From a virus (lineage: Duplodnaviria > Caudoviricetes), in the IMG/VR virus record IMGVR_UViG_3300030090_002418, positions 1 to 29,426 of that record: a stretch of 29,426 nucleotides of DNA. One strand, given 5' to 3'. Every line of letters starts with the position of its first letter. Within the stretch, counting starts at the first letter, position 1. A program made the position numbers and the translations under genes. This document shows, piece by piece, positions 6,443 to 15,441 of the stretch. The notes beneath the pieces were generated by a model. It saw only the letters and a list, made by a program, of their open reading frames with translations. It searched no databases and was not told the DNA's origin.

Positions 6443-6818
6443 AAATTTACAAGATATAAAAAATCCATTAATATTAGATTTGATTGATTCATTTTTTAAT
6501 TCAACATATAATGAGGAGCTTATTAAAAATCCTTGGCTTGAAAATTATTTATATAACCCAGTAAATATTAATGGAGAGCCAGCAACAGTTTACTCTACAT
6601 CATACAAAACTAAAGATGGAAAAGAAAGAGTTATTCCTACAATTCTTCCAAATTTTACAAAAAGTGAAGGATTTTTAAGTTTAATACCTGATGTAGAAGA
6701 TGCTATAAATATAAATAAAGAATATGGTTACGGTATAGATTTTGATAATTTAAATACTGCTAATCTTTTTTCAATGTGGTTATCAAATAAACACAAAAAC
6801 TTATTGGAAGGAAAATAA
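6435..6818 (+). CDS. hypothetical protein (probable start ATG 6435)
   Basis: ORF track frame; fills the gap before the endolysin; very AT-rich. Confidence 0.7.
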   Translation: MNKNLQDIKNPLILDLIDSFFNSTYNEELIKNPWLENYLYNPVNINGEPATVYSTSYKTKDGKERVIPTILPNFTKSEGFLSLIPDVEDAININKEYGYGIDFDNLNTANLFSMWLSNKHKNLLEGK

Positions 6819-6820
6819 TA

Positions 6821-7219
6821 GTGCCAAGATTTGGAAGTAGGTCAAGAAAAAATTTAGCAACATGTCATGAAGATTTACAGGATTTATTTAATGAAGTTAT
6901 TAAACATGTAGATTGTTCTGTTATTGAAGGACATAGAAGTAAGGAAAGGCAAAACAAACTTTATGAAGAAGGTAAAACTAAAGTTAAATACCCAAATGGT
7001 CGTCATAACGCTAGTCCTAGTAGGGCTGCTGATGTTGTTCCCTATCCTATTGATTGGAATGATAGAGAGCGTTTCCACCTTTTTGCTGGCTTTGTCTTGG
7101 GCATTGCTCAATCTATGGAAATAAATATTCGTTGGGGAGGCGATTGGAATAAAAACTTTGAGGTAGATGATAATAATTTTGATGATTTTCCTCATTTTGA
7201 GCTTATAAAGGATTTTTAA
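6821..7219 (+). CDS. endolysin, peptidase M15 family (T5-like L-Ala-D-Glu peptidase)
   Basis: EGHRSKERQ, Zn ligands H..(RAA)D, IRWGGDW and DFPHFEL motifs. Confidence 0.92.
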   Translation: MPRFGSRSRKNLATCHEDLQDLFNEVIKHVDCSVIEGHRSKERQNKLYEEGKTKVKYPNGRHNASPSRAADVVPYPIDWNDRERFHLFAGFVLGIAQSMEINIRWGGDWNKNFEVDDNNFDDFPHFELIKDF

Positions 7220-7220
7220 T

Positions 7221-7655
7221 ATGAAACAAAAACAAGCAGGATATGATTACGAAGAGTTCAAGTCTCAACCTTATCGTGAGCGTAATTTATTAGAAGCTTT
7301 ATATAACTATACTGCATACGGTGTGTCTCCTAGTGAGTTAAAAGGCGCACACTCAGATATAGATAAATTAATAGAAAATGCAGACCCTAAAGCTAAAATA
7401 GCTGAAGTTGCAACTATATCTATGAATAGAGACCTAGAAAGATTATTTAGAGTTTTGAACCCAGATAGCACAGTAAAAATGATTTCTGTTCTTGGAGACA
7501 GATTTCTTGATGATGAACAGTTTGGCAGCTTAGACGCTGGTCTTCGTGCTAGAGCTATTCGTTCTATGAATGAAAGGCCAGAATATAAAGGGATGGATAA
7601 GAATTTAGCTGCATTTTTATTAGCGGCAGCAAGAAACAACCCTTATCAACCTTAA
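7221..7655 (+). CDS. hypothetical protein, 144 aa
   Basis: ORF track; SD AAGGA; TAATG coupling to terL. Confidence 0.75.
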   Translation: MKQKQAGYDYEEFKSQPYRERNLLEALYNYTAYGVSPSELKGAHSDIDKLIENADPKAKIAEVATISMNRDLERLFRVLNPDSTVKMISVLGDRFLDDEQFGSLDAGLRARAIRSMNERPEYKGMDKNLAAFLLAAARNNPYQP

Positions 7656-9211
7656 TGGCCAATTTAAATCTTAATGGTAATGTTAGTAAAAATGAGGAAG
7701 CTCTTCATTTAGCATACAATGATTTAATTACATTTGGCAAATTATTTAGCCCACAAGACTTTTTAGCATCAGCAACACCTGATTTTCATAGGCAAGTTGG
7801 TGAATTATTTTTAAACCCACAAAAACAGCAATTAGCACTTGTGTTACCTAGAGACCATGCAAAGTCTACTATGGCTGCTACTGCTATTATGCATAAGTTT
7901 TTGTTTGCAAGTAAAGATGAACCTCAATTTATAGCATGGGTAGGTGAAGCACAGGACCAGGCTGTAGATAACATTTCATGGATTCAAAATCATATTTATA
8001 GTAATCCAGCTATACATTACTACTTTGGAGACCTTGAAGGTGATAAATGGACCAAAACAGAGTTTACACTTAAAAATGGTTGTAGAATGATTGGTAAAGG
8101 TGCATCGCAAAGATTAAGGGGTAAAAAGCAAAACTCTACAAGATATACTGGAATTGTGTTAGATGACTTTGAATCAGAGCTAAATACTAAAACGCCTGAC
8201 TCTAGACGTCAAATAAAAGAATGGGTAACAGCTGCGGTATATCCAGCTATTGATTTTGATAAAAAAGGATTTTTATGGTGTAATGGAACTATTGTACATT
8301 ATGATAGTTTTTTAAATGGACTAGTGACTAAACATCAAGAATGTCAAAAAACAGGTGAAGAGTTTGCCTGGGAGGTGTTTACTAGAAAAGCTATAGAAGA
8401 TGGTAGTCCTATATGGCCCTCTAGATGGCCTATTAAAAAACTAGAAGAACGTAAACAGTTTTATATAGATTCAGGCACACCTGCAAAGTTTTACCAAGAG
8501 TACATGAATCAGGCTAAATCGCCTGAAGACCAAATATTTAGCGAGGAAGATATAAATAATGCACAGTATAAAGGTTATGCTAGGTATGACCAAGAGTATG
8601 ATTCTTGGTATATTAAAATGGATGACGGGAGACAAGAGTACGTTAATATATACATTGGTGTTGACCCTGCCTCAACAGTTGGTGTTAGGAACGACTATAG
8701 TGTTATTATGGTTATTGGCGTTACTGATAGCTATGATTACTATGTTATTGAATATTGGAGGGAACGAGTTTTACCGATGGACTGTGCAGACAAGATATTT
8801 GAAATTGCAAAACGATACCAGCCGATACGAAGAATAAACATAGAAACAATTGCATACCAAGAAATGTTAAGAGACTATGTTATGAAACGTAGTAAAGCAG
8901 AAGGAATGTTTTTACCAGGCATAGAAAAAGGTATTAAGAATTACAATCAAAAGAAAAAGGATAGATTATTTGAAGGGCTTCAGCCAATGTTTAAAGCAGG
9001 CGCTGTACATATTAAAAAAGAAATGCATGAATTTATAGGTGAGTTGCTTGATTTCCCAAAAGGAAGTCATGATGATACTATTGATGCGTTTTGGCTTGCG
9101 ACACAGTTTGCTAAAGGTCAACCTAAACGTAAAAAGAAAAGTAAAAATAAATCTGGCGTTTGGACAAAACCACGTAAAGCATATAATTGGTTGACTGGAG
9201 CTAGGAAATAA
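7655..9211 (+). CDS. terL: terminase large subunit
   Basis: Walker A-like PRDHAKST, Walker B GIVLDDFE, coupling motif GT, RNase H-like nuclease motifs IGVDPA and HDDTIDA. Confidence 0.95.
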   Translation: MANLNLNGNVSKNEEALHLAYNDLITFGKLFSPQDFLASATPDFHRQVGELFLNPQKQQLALVLPRDHAKSTMAATAIMHKFLFASKDEPQFIAWVGEAQDQAVDNISWIQNHIYSNPAIHYYFGDLEGDKWTKTEFTLKNGCRMIGKGASQRLRGKKQNSTRYTGIVLDDFESELNTKTPDSRRQIKEWVTAAVYPAIDFDKKGFLWCNGTIVHYDSFLNGLVTKHQECQKTGEEFAWEVFTRKAIEDGSPIWPSRWPIKKLEERKQFYIDSGTPAKFYQEYMNQAKSPEDQIFSEEDINNAQYKGYARYDQEYDSWYIKMDDGRQEYVNIYIGVDPASTVGVRNDYSVIMVIGVTDSYDYYVIEYWRERVLPMDCADKIFEIAKRYQPIRRINIETIAYQEMLRDYVMKRSKAEGMFLPGIEKGIKNYNQKKKDRLFEGLQPMFKAGAVHIKKEMHEFIGELLDFPKGSHDDTIDAFWLATQFAKGQPKRKKKSKNKSGVWTKPRKAYNWLTGARK

Positions 9212-9220
9212 TACTATATT
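9191..9220 (+). promoter_or_regulatory. promoter for a possibly leaderless portal transcript
   Basis: TTGACT (9191-9196), 18-nt spacer, TATATT (9215-9220); ATG at 9228; no SD at normal spacing. Confidence 0.5.
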
Positions 9221-9227
9221 ATATACT

Positions 9228-11252
9228 ATGATACAAGAAGATTTAAGAGTAAAAGAAATAAATGAGTTGTTTGATAGATGGAGAGATGCCAGACAAGACT
9301 GGGATGTAGCCGCTAGAGAAGACATTGACTTTTATTTAGGTAATCATTTTTCACAATCAGAGCTTGATGAACTAGATTCACGCAATCAGTCATCTATGCC
9401 TATGGATAGGTTGTATGCTGCAATAGAACAGTTTAAAGCAATTGTTACATCTAAACAACCTAAGTTTAGTGCAGTAGGTAGAGAAGACTCTGATAATAAA
9501 ATAGCAAACGTATGGAAGACTATATTAGAATATGTATGGGACAAATCAGATGGTAACGAAGTATTTAAGCAAGTTGTTCATGACTACGCTGTTACTGGTC
9601 TTGGTTATTTTTATGCATATCTAGATAGAGATGCTGATTTTGGTAGAGGTGAAGTTAAATTTACTTACGTAGACCCTTTTAGAGTTTATGTAGACCCTAA
9701 CTCTAGACATAAATATTTTGATGATGCTTCAGGTATTATAGTGTCAACTATATTAACAAGACAGCAGTTAATAGATTTATATCCACAAATGAGTCAACCC
9801 ATAAGTGAAGACTCAGAAAAATTATTAATAGATGAGATAGAAACATTTAACAAGGAGGAGGACTATCCTGATGCAACTAATAGAACGACTATGGAAAGCT
9901 TTACGCCAGATAATACAAAAGATAAAGACTATCATATTGAAAAGTATAGATTACTTGAACATTACAAAAAGGTAAGAGTACCTTATTATAGAGTTGTTGA
10001 CGCTAGAACTGGCGATGAAAGAATAATGACTCAAGAACAGTTTGCTGCAATGGCAGAAGATAGAGACTTTGCTGCAGCTATAAAGTCTGGACTTATTGAT
10101 TTTGTTGAAGTAACACAAACAAGAATTAAGTTAACATGTACTGTTGGTCAAATAGTATTGTATGAAATGATATGTGATACAGATATATATCCTGTTATAC
10201 CAGTACCAAACATATGGACCAACACACCATACCCAATGAGTGATGTAAGAAAGAATAAAGCATTTCAAAGGTTCCTCAACAAGACGGTTTCCCTCATTAC
10301 ATCACACGCACAGGCTTCAGCAGGTTTGAAGCTTTTAGTTCCCCAAGGTAGTGTTAGTGATATTGAAGAACTAGAACGAGATTGGGCGAATCCTAATGCT
10401 ACTATCGAATATGACCCATCTTTTGGGGAACCTCATTTTCCTTCACCACAACCATTATCAGGTAGTATTTTAACATTACCTAAAATGATTGAAGGCTATA
10501 TTGATTTAAATATTGGTATATTTGAAATGATGCAAGGTAGTACAGATGCAGCACCTAGAACATACTCAGCTACTATGATGATGGAGAATGTTGGACAAAG
10601 ACGTTCAAAGTCTAAGTTAAGAGATATTGAAGGGTCAATGAAAAGATTAGGTCAAGTTATATATAATATGGCTAGACAACACTATAGATTTAAAAAGACG
10701 TTTAGAATAGTACAACCTAACAATGATATAAGCGAGTTCACAGTAAATGCTCGTTTATACGATGATAAAACTAATGAGTTAATGTCAATTGAAAATGATA
10801 TTACAGTAGGTCAATTTGATGTGCGCATACTTGGAGGTTCTACATTACCATCTAATAAGTATGGTGAGTTCCAATTATACATGGAAGCTTATCAAGCAGG
10901 ATTGATAGATAGAGTAGAAGCACTTAAAAAGACTGAAATCTTTGACAAAGAAGGAGTATTGCAAAGAACTGACGAAGTTAGTAAATTACAGGGTATGCTT
11001 GCACAGGCGCAAGAACAACTTAAAAAGCTTTCAGGCGACTTACAAACTGCAGATAGAGAAAGTGTTGCAGCTAGAAAACGTACTGAAGTTGAGAAATTTA
11101 AAAGCCAACTGGCCGAGCAGAAGTATGAATCTCGTGCCGCTAACAAATTGGCAACAGGTAGGTTAAAAGACGCAGTGAAACTTGAATCCGAGAGATTACG
11201 TGTAAATGGTAGTCAAACTCAAAAAGGTGACGAGACATTGCAGGAAGGATAA
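9228..11252 (+). CDS. portal protein, P22-like
   Basis: Follows terL; DIDFYLGNHF, VTGLGY and VYVDPNSR motifs; long C-terminal coiled-coil barrel. Confidence 0.9.
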   Translation: MIQEDLRVKEINELFDRWRDARQDWDVAAREDIDFYLGNHFSQSELDELDSRNQSSMPMDRLYAAIEQFKAIVTSKQPKFSAVGREDSDNKIANVWKTILEYVWDKSDGNEVFKQVVHDYAVTGLGYFYAYLDRDADFGRGEVKFTYVDPFRVYVDPNSRHKYFDDASGIIVSTILTRQQLIDLYPQMSQPISEDSEKLLIDEIETFNKEEDYPDATNRTTMESFTPDNTKDKDYHIEKYRLLEHYKKVRVPYYRVVDARTGDERIMTQEQFAAMAEDRDFAAAIKSGLIDFVEVTQTRIKLTCTVGQIVLYEMICDTDIYPVIPVPNIWTNTPYPMSDVRKNKAFQRFLNKTVSLITSHAQASAGLKLLVPQGSVSDIEELERDWANPNATIEYDPSFGEPHFPSPQPLSGSILTLPKMIEGYIDLNIGIFEMMQGSTDAAPRTYSATMMMENVGQRRSKSKLRDIEGSMKRLGQVIYNMARQHYRFKKTFRIVQPNNDISEFTVNARLYDDKTNELMSIENDITVGQFDVRILGGSTLPSNKYGEFQLYMEAYQAGLIDRVEALKKTEIFDKEGVLQRTDEVSKLQGMLAQAQEQLKKLSGDLQTADRESVAARKRTEVEKFKSQLAEQKYESRAANKLATGRLKDAVKLESERLRVNGSQTQKGDETLQEG

Positions 11253-11255
11253 CAA

Positions 11256-11978
11256 ATGAGTGACGCATATGAAAACGGACATCTAGAAGGTGAAACCGTT
11301 GATAATGTAGGGCAAGACGAAAGTGTTAATACGCAGGAGACTTCTGGAAACTGGGAAGAACAAGCAAAGTACTTCCAAAGTGAAAAGGATAAACTCGCAG
11401 CGGAAAACTCTAAACTAAAGCAATATGAAAAAATAGGGCAATTATTGGAATCTCGTCCAGATATAACCCAGACCATAACTGGTATGGTACAAGGACAAGG
11501 TCAACCAGCACAACCTGAACGTATTGAATTAGCTAAAGATGAATTTGACCCATGGGAAGCCTATAATGACCCACAGTCTAAATCGTACAAGTTCAGACAA
11601 CAAGAACTACAGGACTCTATAAATGGAGCTGTTAACCAACAAATGCAAGGATTACAAAGAAATCAAGGCGAAATGCAGTTAAAGACCGAACTACAACAAA
11701 GAGGCTTAAGCCCAGAAGAAGTAGACTCTTTTATGAATTTTGCAGCACAAAATCCTGCTGAGTATGGTGTTGATGGCGCTATTAAAATGTGGAGAGCTGT
11801 AGCTAACTCTGAACAAGGCCAGCAAATAGAAAGACCACTTGATAGTGTACGTCAAACACAAGGAACACCTGCTCAAGGCGGTGTATTACAAGGACAAGCT
11901 CCTCAAACTCCTAAGTCTGACGAAGATGCTATGTGGGATGGTATTTTAAAAGCTGGTAGTCGTACTAATGTATTGTAA
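11256..11978 (+). CDS. capsid scaffolding protein
   Basis: Between portal and capsid; acidic/Gln-rich, with a coiled coil (KYFQSEKDKL). Confidence 0.7.
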   Translation: MSDAYENGHLEGETVDNVGQDESVNTQETSGNWEEQAKYFQSEKDKLAAENSKLKQYEKIGQLLESRPDITQTITGMVQGQGQPAQPERIELAKDEFDPWEAYNDPQSKSYKFRQQELQDSINGAVNQQMQGLQRNQGEMQLKTELQQRGLSPEEVDSFMNFAAQNPAEYGVDGAIKMWRAVANSEQGQQIERPLDSVRQTQGTPAQGGVLQGQAPQTPKSDEDAMWDGILKAGSRTNVL

Positions 11979-12005
11979 ATTATAATATAACTTAGGAGAA
12001 AAAAA

Positions 12006-13346
12006 ATGGCTAATTATGAAACAGGCCAAGTAAAATTTGGTACTCCTGGCGGCAATACAGTAGACAGTGCAAATTTAAGCACAAGAAGACTGTATGACTT
12101 TAGTGATAGAATTGCTGAGTTAGCCCCAGAAGAGTCACCATTTTTTGTATACTTGTCAAATGTAGGTAAAGTACCTACAGCAGACTCGCAATTTAGATTT
12201 TTAGAAGATAGAACTAAAATTGCAATGACTGATAGAAGCTTTACTACATCAAGTAATCTTGGTGCTATAGCAGAAGATACTACAGACACAATGACTATAT
12301 CTTCATCACCATGGATAATTAAAGGCATGGTACTTATGGTTTCATCTACTATATCTGGTATGGGTGAAGGAACAAATGCAGCAACATGTGTTGTTACAGG
12401 CGTAAATTCAGCAACAGAAATAGAAGTTAGATGGTTACGTGAAAACTCAACATCTGCAGTTACTATTGATGGTTCTGGCACAGCAGTTAAATGCCAAGTA
12501 ATTGGAACAGCATTTGCAGAAGGTTCTGGAGCGCCAGATGTGTTTTCACAAAAGTTAGACAATGATTATGGTTTTACTCAAATATTTAAAACTGCATGTG
12601 AAATGTCTAATACAGCTAGAGCTACTGTGTACAGAGGATATGCTGATGAATGGCAAAGAATATGGAATCTTAAATTAAGAGAACATAAAATTGACATTGA
12701 AAGAGCAATGTTATTTGGACAAAGAGCTTCTGTTGGTGGCGTTCAATACAGTGAAGGTATTGTAGGTCATATTATTGCTGAAGGTGCAGCTCCTGCGGTA
12801 GACAATACTCAACTTTCTTATACAGAAGGTGCAGCTTATCATAAATCTATAGCTTCAGGCAATATGACATATGATAACTTTCTTTCTGATTTAGAAGTTG
12901 TTTTTGACCCTGCAAGAGGCGGAAGCGCATCTAAATTAGCATTATGTTCATTACCTGTTATATCTCTATTTAATAAAATAGGTGGTAGTTCTTTTATAGA
13001 TGATTCTTTTGGTGGTACAGAAGATAATCCTGGAAGATACATGTTTGAGCGTTCTAATGGAACTTTTGGTCATAAAATAATGAAGATTGAAACAATTCAT
13101 GGTGATTTATCACTTGTGAAAGAACCTTTATTTAGAGGTTTAGCTTCAACATTTATGGCTTTAGTTGATTTAGACCACGTATCTTACAGACCATTAGTTG
13201 GTAATGGTATTAATCGTGATACATCAATTACAACAAATGTGCAACAAGCAGATGAAGATTTAAGAAAAGATATGATTCTTACAGAAGCAGGTCTTGAAAT
13301 AACTCTTCCTGAAACACATGCGTTGTTTAACATAGAAGGAGCTTAG
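12006..13346 (+). CDS. major capsid protein (SU10-type / DUF5309-like, HK97 fold)
   Basis: Strong SD; LAPEESPF, NDYGFTQIFK, EHKIDIERAMLFG, IETIHGDL and ILTEAGLEI motifs. Confidence 0.9.
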   Translation: MANYETGQVKFGTPGGNTVDSANLSTRRLYDFSDRIAELAPEESPFFVYLSNVGKVPTADSQFRFLEDRTKIAMTDRSFTTSSNLGAIAEDTTDTMTISSSPWIIKGMVLMVSSTISGMGEGTNAATCVVTGVNSATEIEVRWLRENSTSAVTIDGSGTAVKCQVIGTAFAEGSGAPDVFSQKLDNDYGFTQIFKTACEMSNTARATVYRGYADEWQRIWNLKLREHKIDIERAMLFGQRASVGGVQYSEGIVGHIIAEGAAPAVDNTQLSYTEGAAYHKSIASGNMTYDNFLSDLEVVFDPARGGSASKLALCSLPVISLFNKIGGSSFIDDSFGGTEDNPGRYMFERSNGTFGHKIMKIETIHGDLSLVKEPLFRGLASTFMALVDLDHVSYRPLVGNGINRDTSITTNVQQADEDLRKDMILTEAGLEITLPETHALFNIEGA

Positions 13347-13350
13347 TTAT

Positions 13351-13806
13351 ATGAGAAGTGACGTATTAAACTCAAATAGCAATAGCTATGGTCAAGTACC
13401 TAGTTATTTAAAAACTACAGCTAAAACTGCTGACTTTACAGCAGCTTCTGGACATGTGTATGTTGTAACTAAACTAGATGGATGTGCTGTTACATTACCA
13501 GTTCCAAAAGTTGGAGATGTAATTAAAGTAATTTTTGATGGCGCAACAAGTAATAGTCATACAATTACATCAGATGCATCAACTACTTTGTTTGAAGGTT
13601 GGGCATCAATGTCAGATACAGCTGACCAAACTGCAGCAGCTATGGAAAACTTTGTTGCTGACGAAACAAATGACCGAATTATTACATTAAATCGGACAAC
13701 TACTGGTTTGTCAGGCAAAGTAACATTAGTTGGTGTTGCTAATAACAGGTGGTATGTAGAAGCAGAACTTCAATCAAATGGAGATGCTGCTACACCATTT
13801 AGTTAA
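13351..13806 (+). CDS. probable virion structural/capsid decoration protein
   Basis: Directly after the capsid gene; beta-rich; AVTLP..VGD and RWYV motifs. Confidence 0.6.
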   Translation: MRSDVLNSNSNSYGQVPSYLKTTAKTADFTAASGHVYVVTKLDGCAVTLPVPKVGDVIKVIFDGATSNSHTITSDASTTLFEGWASMSDTADQTAAAMENFVADETNDRIITLNRTTTGLSGKVTLVGVANNRWYVEAELQSNGDAATPFS

Positions 13807-13931
13807 ACCAAAACAATAAGGTTTAATAGTTTTGTAGAACTATGGGGCATGTCATATAAAAGGCTTGCCCCGAATCTACTAAGAATTTTTTATAACAAGT
13901 ACGTTCATGCTCATGCCAGAGCTTAAAGTAC
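13803..13931 (+). other. structured intergenic region (three stem-loops); possible terminator or regulatory RNA
   Basis: TTAAACC/GGTTTAA; GTAGA..GGGGCA/TGCCCC..TCTAC followed by a T tract; GTAC..GCTC/GAGC..GTAC. Confidence 0.5.
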
Positions 13932-13949
13932 ACTCAAAAGGAGAATAAA

Positions 13950-14252
13950 ATGGCAAACTCAAGTTTACATAAACTTACAGTCGTAGAAGCACAAAATGCT
14001 GCTTTAGGTCAGGCTGGAGCTAAATTCATATCAGACCAGGCGGTTCACTCAGGAAACTTTGTAGCAATACAATGCATAGAAGATACTGTATTTAATGCGC
14101 TAACGCCTGCAGATACTACAAATGGTTATGGTGTAGGTTCATATAATGGTAACACAATGGCTTCAGAAACTATACCAGCAGGAATGACTATTTATGGTCG
14201 TTGGACTAGTATAGATTTAACTTCTGGTGCAGTAATAGCTTATATAGGTTAA
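13950..14252 (+). CDS. small beta-rich virion protein
   Basis: SD AAGGAG; TIPAGMTIYGRWTSIDLTSGAVIAY motif typical of small phage structural proteins. Confidence 0.7.
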   Translation: MANSSLHKLTVVEAQNAALGQAGAKFISDQAVHSGNFVAIQCIEDTVFNALTPADTTNGYGVGSYNGNTMASETIPAGMTIYGRWTSIDLTSGAVIAYIG

Positions 14253-14253
14253 C

Positions 14254-15441
14254 ATGCCTTTAGGATTAGGTAGTAACTTATCAAGAGCAATTTCTAAACC
14301 TATAACACCTGGTATAGTAACAGATAACCTCGTACTAAAGCATAAGTATGATGCAGGCAGTGTAGTACCTATAAGTGATGGTTCTGTATATACTAATGGT
14401 GTTAGTGATAATATTAATTTTGGACCTTTAGATATGCCTTCTGGCGCATTTACTATTGGAGGATGGTTTTGGTTTGCTTCAGGACAATTAGAAGAAAGAC
14501 CCACTTTAATAGGAAGAGCTACATGGGCAGGAACAACAAAAGGATTTATACTTAGATTTAATACTGATTCTTCTGCTAGCGACACAACCGCTTTGCATGT
14601 AACTATGGGAGATGCAACTTCTAGCGGAAATAATCAAACTGATGTATATAGTACTACTATTGTAAGGGACCAGTGGAACCATATAATGTTAACAGTAGAT
14701 GGTGAAGCTTCTGGTTCTAAAACTTTAAAATGTTATTTAAATGGAGCTTTAGACTCTACGCACACTTCAGTGCATTATGTTCCAGACGATACTTCAACAA
14801 CTGATTTTTTAATTCATAAAGCAGATAATATGAATGCTGCAGATTCAGAAGTAAAAGGTTATGTGTGCAATTGTGCTTTATGGCAAACAGATTTAACACA
14901 AGCACAAATTAAATCTATAATGAACAAGAAGTATGCTGAATTAACAGACAGCGAAAAAACAAACTTAGTATCATGGTGGAATTTAGATACAGCTTATGAT
15001 TCAATAGTATTTGATAATCATCATAATGGCGGTGAAACACTGGGGTCTGAACTATTAACTAGTTGGACTAATAACGATTTTACTTCGTTTTCTTCGAATG
15101 GAACTGATATAACATCAGCTGTAAGTGATGGTAGTGGAAACCACGAAATATACAGTAATCAAATAGATATAACTGCTGGAGACACGTTTAAAGTAACTTT
15201 TACTATTGGTGGTAATGCTGGTTCTGGTTTAGATTTTAGATTAAGTCCACATTCTCATTTAGGTAGCGCTGATTATGATACTTCAGCTTTATCTGCTGGA
15301 ACTTATGAATATTATATTAAATCTGGAATTACCGATAGTACATCGTTTTTTGGATTTCGTTCAGCTAATCAAACTTGTGATTTTTCTATATCAAATTTTT
15401 CAGTAAAAAAAATAAACGGTAATACGGGGAAACTTACATAA
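14254..15441 (+). CDS. LamG/concanavalin A-like domain virion protein
   Basis: FTIGGWF, QWNHIMLT, CYLNGAL and LTQAQI motifs. Confidence 0.8.
   Translation: MPLGLGSNLSRAISKPITPGIVTDNLVLKHKYDAGSVVPISDGSVYTNGVSDNINFGPLDMPSGAFTIGGWFWFASGQLEERPTLIGRATWAGTTKGFILRFNTDSSASDTTALHVTMGDATSSGNNQTDVYSTTIVRDQWNHIMLTVDGEASGSKTLKCYLNGALDSTHTSVHYVPDDTSTTDFLIHKADNMNAADSEVKGYVCNCALWQTDLTQAQIKSIMNKKYAELTDSEKTNLVSWWNLDTAYDSIVFDNHHNGGETLGSELLTSWTNNDFTSFSSNGTDITSAVSDGSGNHEIYSNQIDITAGDTFKVTFTIGGNAGSGLDFRLSPHSHLGSADYDTSALSAGTYEYYIKSGITDSTSFFGFRSANQTCDFSISNFSVKKINGNTGKLT

Noticed and set aside
7846-7871. Deviant TerL Walker A (PRDHAKST) as a sign of inactivation
   Set aside because: PRxHxKS/T variants are common in phage terminases, and the other catalytic motifs are intact
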